43,251 bases of DNA, taken from assembly GCF_001194135.2 (NCBI RefSeq), contig NC_068984.1, forward strand, positions 42,383,220 to 42,426,470, read 5' to 3'. Every line of letters starts with the position of its first letter. Positions within the stretch are counted from its first letter, which is position 1. This stretch comes from Octopus bimaculoides. Its lineage: Eukaryota. The notes under the pieces were generated by a model. That model saw only the letters and a program-made list of their open reading frames with translations, did not search any database and was not told the origin of the DNA. Positions 35,711 through 43,251 of this stretch are shown here, in pieces. A program made the position numbers and the translations under genes.

Positions 35711-36240
35711 CCTTACAAATACATTCCCTACTTTTAGGTCACTTTAATTAAAACCCTTGATTCAATAGCCCTGTGTACAGACTCTATACTTGGAATGACC
35801 AATTTTAAATACTATTGGATTTTACTCACAAGGTATTGGAATCTTATATGTATAGCAATCTGCCTAAATAATGGATCTACAAATGCAATATCCCTGCATA
35901 TCTCACATCTATTTTCATTCCTCCATTTCACTCTATTTTGTATCATAGTAAGAGCAATGACCAAGAAAGAGAAAGACAGAGAAAGCAGATATTTTACTGC
36001 TTGCCTTTCAGCCGTGTTAAGCCAGCAAACACTTTGTCAACTTTTTCCTCTTGAAGTGCTGATGTTTATACTCTCCTGTACAGCAGCGATCAAAAATTTG
36101 CCTGTTCAGAGGATTTCCTGAGGCTTTCCTCATAGATAGATTTAGACGAGAAATGCATATTTAGTCAATTTACAAGTTTGCTTTATTGCTTTCTGATATA
36201 ATTCGTACGATTATTCGTTACCGAAGAGTACAAATTTTAT

Positions 36241-36550
36241 CTTTTATCTTCTACTTGTTTTAATCAGTAGACTGTGGCCAAGCTAGGACACCACCTTAAT
36301 AACTTTTAGTCTAATGAATCTACCCCACTACTTTTTTAAAGCCTGGTGCTTATTCTTTTGGTTTCTAGTGCCGAACTACTAAGTTACGGGAACGTAAACA
36401 CACCAATGCCAGTTGGCAAGCGTCTGTGAAAGACAAACACAGACACAAGTCTAGCAGGTCCACTTACAAGGTTTTAGTAGAAGATACTAGTAGAAGACTA
36501 GACCTGGAACCATGCGGTTGGGAAGCAAACTTCTTACCACACACTCTCGC
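36241..36550 (-). mobile_element. SINE family A with an internal deletion
   Basis: Both the 3' half (CTTGTTTTAATCAG...GTGGCCAAGCTAG...AGTTACGGGAACGTAAACACACC) and the head (GGAACCATGCGGTTGGGAAGCAAACTTCTTACCACAC) are present. Confidence 0.82.
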
Positions 36551-36663
36551 TTGCTTTCTAAAGAGATTTAACCAATGGAGAAAGTACTTTTGATCCCTTC
36601 CTAAGACCTGAATTCAGTCATGTGACCCCAGAAATTTCTTGACTGAAAAGAAGAAACTAGCAA

Positions 36664-36718
<55 letters not shown>

Positions 36719-37413
36719 GTTGAATAAAAAGTAAAGTTTTCATCCATTCGTTTGTGTCAATGCTTTAAAATTTAATTTTAAATATTTAAAGTTATTCAAG
36801 AAAGGTTACGTAAAAAAGTAAACTAGCACCCCTAAATTATTCATGAGCATAAGGCTTCGTGTTATTTAAAAAGATTATAACCCAGTAGAATTTCTGGTTA
36901 ACTTAACCCAGTTTTAGTTTATTTAATAAAGAAATATGTGTGGTTTACCGTAGATATAAACAAGAAACTCCTTTTAAAGTGAACCTATTAATTCTAAACT
37001 GAGGATCTTCTCACTAGATGCTCTCACCAGAAGCTTTCTCAGAAGAATCAATGTCATATCATGAGGATGAGTGTCGTAACATGTACGTATGTATGTATTT
37101 ATGTATGTTTGTACGTATGTATGTACGTATGTTATCAATCAGTTTCATTTCTGTATTTCTTGTCAATAGAGAAAGAGCCGGGCTCTAACATAGATTCAAG
37201 GCTCCTTCATTGGAACTTTTATCAACATCATCTAGGTATTTGTGCATATATGTGTGTGTGCAGTATTTGGTGTTAGTGTATGCGCAGATTTGTATGTTTG
37301 TTTTATCGATGCCTTTTTATGTATATATTTTCTTGTCTAGGCGTATGTATATGTATTCATGCGCAGATTTGGAGGTTTGTTTTATGGATGCGTTTTTATG
37401 TCTAGATGCATGC

Positions 37414-37444
<31 letters not shown>

Positions 37445-37699
37445 TGTATGTGTCTATGTTCGCTTCTATTTTTAATTATTTGAAGTTTTCCTATAAGGAA
37501 AAAGCTTGATTTTATCAAAGATACAAAGCTCTATCGTTAGAATCTGAATAACGAAAACAATGTTATATGCTGAACTTGAGAAATGTGCTTGTTATTTGGT
37601 TGATTTCCTTTCCTGAAATTCGTAACTTTCCTAGATTGTTACACAAGCATTTACTAACAGGACCAATTATTATTGATATAAACGTAAATTTATAAACTG

Positions 37700-38050
37700 A
37701 GAATAGAGGATGAAGGTCTGGAAGCAGTTATCCATACTTATCCTCTTTCTCTTTGATTTTCAAAGAGTTATTCACATCAGTAAGGCAGCTGACTTGTATG
37801 ACGACTCATACTTCTTTTGTTTGTTAAGTATTCAAATGGTAGAAGTGTTTATGGGAACGTTCCATCAATATACACTATGTATTCAAAACAGAAGGATACT
37901 CTATAACCCAGTGCAGTCATCCAATATGACGGCACAGATTGTTGATGTTGTCTTCAAGTTATGTTTCCCATCTGGGTGGCTGCCGTTTGTTAATTTCATT
38001 AGCTCGTGCTCTGCACATTTCTCCTAGTTGTTCTCTAAAAGTAATAGCAG
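37700..38050 (-). pseudogene. Decayed RLE-LINE C-terminal region
   Basis: Single frame with stops: LEDNINNLCRHIG*LHWVIEY...KEV*VVIQVSCLTDVNNSLKIKEKEDKYG*LL (~IEVSCP.D.N...KE.EK..KY..L). Confidence 0.5.
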
Positions 38051-38932
38051 CTGTGCATTGGAAAGTACTAATTTTCCAGTAACTAATATCACATGATTCC
38101 AACATCATTGATAACTTTTAACATGTGAGCAGTTGACATTTTCTTTCACTTCGTTAAGAATGGCTTGTCACTCAGCGGTGGTTTCAAAACGTTAAGTTGA
38201 TAATATTCCGCAGTTGTCTCTCAAATCGGCAACATGTGGAAATGTACGAGAGTTTAATGACAGCGAGAGCCGTTTGTTTATATTATTTCCGATTTCTCTT
38301 ATGGTAGATTTTCACCGGTTCTCTAGGTTTTGAGAAGACCGATTAGTATCACGAGAATTACAATAACAATATGTATCTGTGACAGCTATTGTCCTTTGTT
38401 TTTGAGTTTTTATTTTTTTTAGGTTTTTCAGTTTTTCTGCTTTTTTTGTTTTTGTTTTTCTTATTTGCAGAGAAAGGTTTGTTGCTGAAACTGTTATGTC
38501 GCAAAATGGTTTACGTTTGACTGATCTTTGTCCTCCTATTATTTCTAGCTACTTCATATAGCCGATAGAATGATCATCTCGGGCTTTTCCATAGCACCGG
38601 AGGAAAGACAAAATGAAGTGAGAAAAATGCATAAGTTGTTTTAAATAACTTACATAGGTCGTAGACATGCTTGTTTTACTGTTGATATCGTGTTGTAATC
38701 AATATCAGCCAATAACTATGAAAGTGAAATTTCACATGTTCTCAGATATAATTCGGAATATGGCCTGAATAACGGCTAAGTTGGTAAGTAAAAGTATCTT
38801 TCACGTTTACAACAGAAGAGATAAACCAATCACTGCACTAGTCTGGAAGAGGTTAATTGTAGATGCAAACTTTCAAAAGGGAATTTTTAAAACGGTTCTC
38901 TACGTCACGCGCGCATGCACACACACACATAC

Positions 38933-39015
<83 letters not shown>

Positions 39016-39259
39016 TAGCTAGCTAGATAGATAGATATTTGTAAATAATTGCAAACCATCTGAGTAGTTGAATTTTCATTTACTAGTACCACTTCTAAAC
39101 TGTCAGAAAAACTCTCACAAAAAAAGCTTTGACCCATTTACATTCGTTGTGTTATTGTTGTTGTCGTTGTTTATCCTTTTATCAGCCATGATTGAGATAA
39201 TATGTAATGAACAAGTTTTAATCAAGAACTAATTCGTCTAATGTCGTTTCTGAACACAA

Positions 39260-39618
39260 TTGGGTGTTATTTCTAGCATGTCAAGTGATCTAATAGAGCA
39301 TCTTTGGGAAGTTCAGATTCTTATAAATTCTCATAGTTAAGTCAGCTTGATGGAGCCTGTTCTAACCTTCTTCAGGCTACGGAAATAATTTCAGAAATGT
39401 CACTTGTGAATAACAATCGGCTTCCTCTCTGTCGTACCGCGCCGTCTACTTTCGATTCCCGTTTGTTGCCCAGTTTGCCGGGGGTGCGCTTCACTTCCGT
39501 AGTATGGGTAGAACAAAGTTCCATCAAGCTGACTTGAGTATGTGGGTTTATAGGAATATGAACATGCAAATGAAGAATATTTCATTATATCACACGATAT
39601 GCTAGGAATAACAACCAA
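39260..39618. mobile_element. Foldback/MITE-like element with long imperfect inverted arms
   Basis: Arms 39260-39367 and 39506-39618 align in reverse; best core AAGTCAGCTTGATGGA (16/16); inner CTACGGAA/TTCCGTAG pair. Confidence 0.6.
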
Positions 39619-40537
39619 GCCTCTTACTACATTACATTCTGTTGAGTTAAAAATGAGGCATTATGTAAAGCAGGCTTACATTAAAAGAATTTTCAATATA
39701 AGCTTTGTAAACTAGGGCTTATTCAGGGCTATATATGAATATGGTTTTTATCCAGTTTTATCCAATGCGTTAGTTTGCGGTGAAAATTTCGCTTTCAATC
39801 GTCCAAGTAATAGAGTATTAAAATTAAAGTCACATATATATGTGTATGCGTGTGTGTATACATACATAATACATACATACATACATACATGTTTGTGTGT
39901 TTGGAGAGAGAGAGGGAGATAAAGTAACTAATATTATTAAATAGATACAATAGAACAGGGTTACGTAATCACTTTTATTAGCATATAGGCATGACATTTT
40001 CATTCAAATATCTTTGACGAAATTATAAGGTGTCGCACTGCCGCTCAAATTTGGGTGCATGATTCCTAATAGTAAAAACAGCAGTGAGTTAATGAAAGTG
40101 ATTACGTAACACTTGTTCCTTTGTCATTTATATTTCACTCTGTACTGACGTACTGTTTCACATAAGAGTATGAACTGGAGAATGTCTAACTGCTCATATC
40201 TGCTCATTTACTCTGAAGAGTAAATATATAGAGTTAGAACGCAATATATTGATTTTGTACCAAAATATGGATTTTGGTACTGATATGGAAAGCAGAATCA
40301 TAATATAATGTGTGCGTGTTTGAGTGCTAGTGTGTATGTATGTGTGTGCGCGTGTGTGTGTGTATGTGCTTGCATGTATAAACGATCATTCTTTTATTCT
40401 TTTTATTTCACTTGTATCTTGCTCAATTACTTCAGTTGTTTGATTACTAATCAGTGTCTGTGGTACAGGTTTTTTGATTAGTTCTGTTTTATGTTCAAGA
40501 ACATTTAATTCTCAAATAATCCATTTCATATACATAT

Positions 40538-40738
40538 AATCCTTTCTAATTTTGGTACAAGGACAGCGATATGAGAGGGCGGTGTTTAATCGAGCGCATT
40601 CATCCCTAACACTTTTTTCATCGACCCTTAAGTATGAAAAATAAAACTGACCTCAGCGGGATTTGAGCTCAGAACTTAAAGTACCGAAAGTACCAAGTAT
40701 TTTATCCAGCAGGCTAACCACCGGCAGCTGACCGCCTT
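40538..40738 (-). mobile_element. SINE family B
   Basis: AATCCTTTCT...ATCGACCC...GACCTCAGCGGGATTTGAGCTCAGAAC...GCTAAC...ACCGCCTT is the reverse of family B. Confidence 0.75.
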
Positions 40739-42092
40739 AATTTCTCAAATAAGTAGTATTATATCCTTGTGCTAGCAACTGCAGAAGGCTGCGTAAATGG
40801 CGAGAGTTTCGATAACCAATGGAATTCTAATAATATCATAATTTTTGTATGATTAACGGCAGGCACGGCAGGCTCTATCGAGCCCAGTCGCATCTACATA
40901 GACAAAATGAAGATGTCTTAACATGGAATATCTACATACCAATCATTTAAAGTTTTTCATAACTCTATCAGAATCAATTGAATCGTTTTAATTGATTCGC
41001 CAGACGGATTAAAATTTATTTCGTTACCTAATACCATAAGTTGATGCGCAGTTATCTATTGAAAAATATGTTGATATATCTAAACATAGCTTCTCTAGAG
41101 TTGTAATAGAAATTTTACTTTGAAATGAAAATATTCGCATTAACAGTAAAGATAATCAGATGACATTGGGTTCACTGTTAATCTGTATGGAATTTGTATT
41201 AAAGAGAACGCTATTCCTCTTTTGATTCTGTCTACAACATCTGTCTGGTTTTTACTTTAATTCCGTTTCTAAAAATGGAAGCATATTTTGATAAATTCAT
41301 GTTATTTTTGTTTTATTTTCAGGAAAAATAAATTTCTCGATGTGTTTTGTCATTTTGTGATNNNNNNNNNNNNNNNNNNNNNNNNNNNNNNNNNNNNNNN
41401 NNNNNNNNNNNNNNNNNNNNNNNNNNNNNNNNNNNNNNNNNNNNNNNNNNNNNNNNNNNNNNNNNNNNNNNNNNNNNNNNNNNNNNNNNNNNNNNNNNNN
41501 NNNNNNNNNNNNNNNNNNNNNNNNNNNNNNNNNNNNNNNNNNNNNNNNNNNNNNNNNNNNNNNNNNNNNNNNNNNNNNNNNTATATATATAAATCTGTGT
41601 GTGTCTATGCATTTAAGTATACATACACATACATATATTTATGCATGTATACATATACACACATATATTTCAGTTTAAAGAAACAAATATAGACCTAGAA
41701 AATCAGATGCTAAAATCCCGAATCTAATGTAATCTGCAATTTTAAATAACTGAGATAAAATTTGTTCATTTTCTGCGAAGATCATTTTTCTCCCGAATAT
41801 ACTCTTGACCAAGAAATCCTTTTATCAGATATGAGAAATCATGACAGGACTTTGACGTCATAGCTAATCCCTTCATTTTTATGGGGTTTATGACTGAGCA
41901 ATAGAAAATGTCACTCTCTCTCATTAAAGTCATCTATGAAAGTATGTATATGTGTGTATATGTGTGTGTATGTGTGTGTGTGTGTGTGTATGGGTGAGTG
42001 TGTGCGTGCATATATATGTATGAGGTAATCTGAGCCTGAACGGGTCGATTTCTGTTAAAAGCCAGCGAAGCTTCAAGTCACATAGAGCTGAA

Positions 42093-42094
42093 TC

Positions 42095-42145
<51 letters not shown>
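42093..42145. repeat. (AAT)n microsatellite (second run at 42527-42580)
   Basis: Direct reading. Confidence 0.95.
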
Positions 42146-42146
<1 letters not shown>

Positions 42147-42183
42147 CCACTTTCATCCACGAATAACAAAGAAGGAAGGCGAA

Positions 42184-42230
<47 letters not shown>

Positions 42231-42526
42231 CAACCCTTTTAAGTACGAAAAAGCCCAGCTATGGAAAATGAAGAAGGTGAAAATAGTGCCAATTATTGTT
42301 GAGTCCTTGGGAACAGTATCAGAAGACATCAAAGGAATATAAAGGAAATTGGAATAGAGTGCCCTGTAGAACTATTACAAAAGGTTCGCCTCCTTGGCAC
42401 GGACAGAATAATCAGGAAAGTATTAGATAGCTGAAAAGAACAAATAACATGGTACCGTAGCCCGCAGGTAGCAAGTGGGCTACACATACAAGACTCCAGG
42501 AACTCCAACAAAGCCTGTGATAAAGA
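42231..42526 (+). mobile_element. R4/Dong-like RLE LINE 3' end, second subfamily
   Basis: LWKMKKVKIVPIIVESLGTVS..., frameshift, EIGIECPVELLQKVRLLGTDRIIRKVLDS* (stop 42432-34); 3' UTR differs from the 18029 copy; runs into (AAT)n. Confidence 0.82.
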
Positions 42527-42584
<58 letters not shown>

Positions 42585-42586
42585 CA

Positions 42587-43251
42587 CTAATACCACTCTC
42601 AAGTGAACTGAATAGAACAGGGTATGGTTACAAAATTGACAACAGAAAAATAAGCCATCTATTTTATATGGATGATTTAAAGCTATATGGCAAAGATGAT
42701 GAAGAGCTTCAAGGACTATTACATACTGTGAAAGGATTCAGTGATGATATCGGGATGGAGTTTGGCCTTGAAAAGTGTGCCAAAGCCACTTTTATGAAAG
42801 GGAAACTAGTAAAGTCAAGTTCAATAGAATTAGATATCGAAACAGTAATAAAAGAACTTGAGCAGGAACAAACCTATAAATACCTAGGAATAAATGAAGG
42901 CTGTGATATCCAGCATGCAAGCATGAAAGAGAAGGTTAGGAAGGAATGTTCTAGAAGAGTTCGAGCAGTTCTGAAGTCTGAGCTGAATGCATATAATAAG
43001 GTGTTAGCCATAAATTCCTTAGCAGTCCCAATTGTTCTTTATAGCTTCAATGTGCTTAACTGGAATACCAGTGAAATAGTCAAAATTGATAGAAAAATCC
43101 GCAAGCTACTGACTTGTAATAAGATGCACCATCCAAAGGCAGACGTGGATCGTCTTTACCTTCCCAGAGCTCAGGGAGGTCGAGGCTTGATCCAACTTGA
43201 ACTTACGTACAAAACCACCACAATCGGACTGGCCAAATACCTTGAAACAAC
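42587..43251 (+). mobile_element. 5'-truncated R4/Dong-like LINE with an open RT frame to the window end
   Basis: LIPLSSELNRTGYGY...ISHLFYMDDLKLYG (YMDD 42665-76)...DIGMEFGLEKCA...YKYLGI...NKVLAINSLAVP...KMHHPKADVDRLYLPR..GGRGL. No stop seen in ~220 codons; starts just after (AAT)n. Confidence 0.92.

Larger units (their letters stand above)
2714..41581. other. Ten assembly gaps
   Basis: N runs at 2714-2950, 5955-6652, 7315-7668, 11087-11096, 12355-12841, 14038-14370, 20326-20871, 24954-25017, 34297-35212 and 41362-41581; most adjoin simple repeats. Confidence 0.98.

Noticed and set aside
2679-41692. Long ORF-track entries with X runs or YIYI/MYVC/HTHT/poly-I/poly-L sequence
   Set aside because: They are read-through of N gaps and microsatellites, not genes.

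Overview
AT-rich eukaryotic DNA dominated by repeats, about 9% N in 10 gaps, most of which abut microsatellites. The tRNA-headed SINE families and dense (TA)n/(TATG)n/(TATC)n/(ATT)n arrays suggest an octopod cephalopod (inference). I cannot support any host protein-coding gene; nearly all ORF-track entries are microsatellite or N-run read-through. Supported content: four decayed mariner copies (two near full length with TIRs and TA target sites), three ~213-bp mariner deletion derivatives, three SINE families (called A, B and C here), several R4/Dong-like RLE LINE fragments, a very decayed Penelope-like RT, and a Helitron/HINE-like element with a nearby partial duplicate. Four of the LINE fragments abut (TAA)n tracts, and one has an unbroken RT frame running off the window end. 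The best leads are five hammerhead-ribozyme-like motifs between 16.8 and 29.4 kb (two share a variant CUGU(A/U)GA-A core and a loopless ACGU stem III; one is paired with a 42-bp inverted repeat), a ~360-bp foldback at 39.3-39.6 kb, and a pre-miRNA-sized hairpin at 30.1 kb. All family assignments are by-eye motif recognition; no searches or folding were run.
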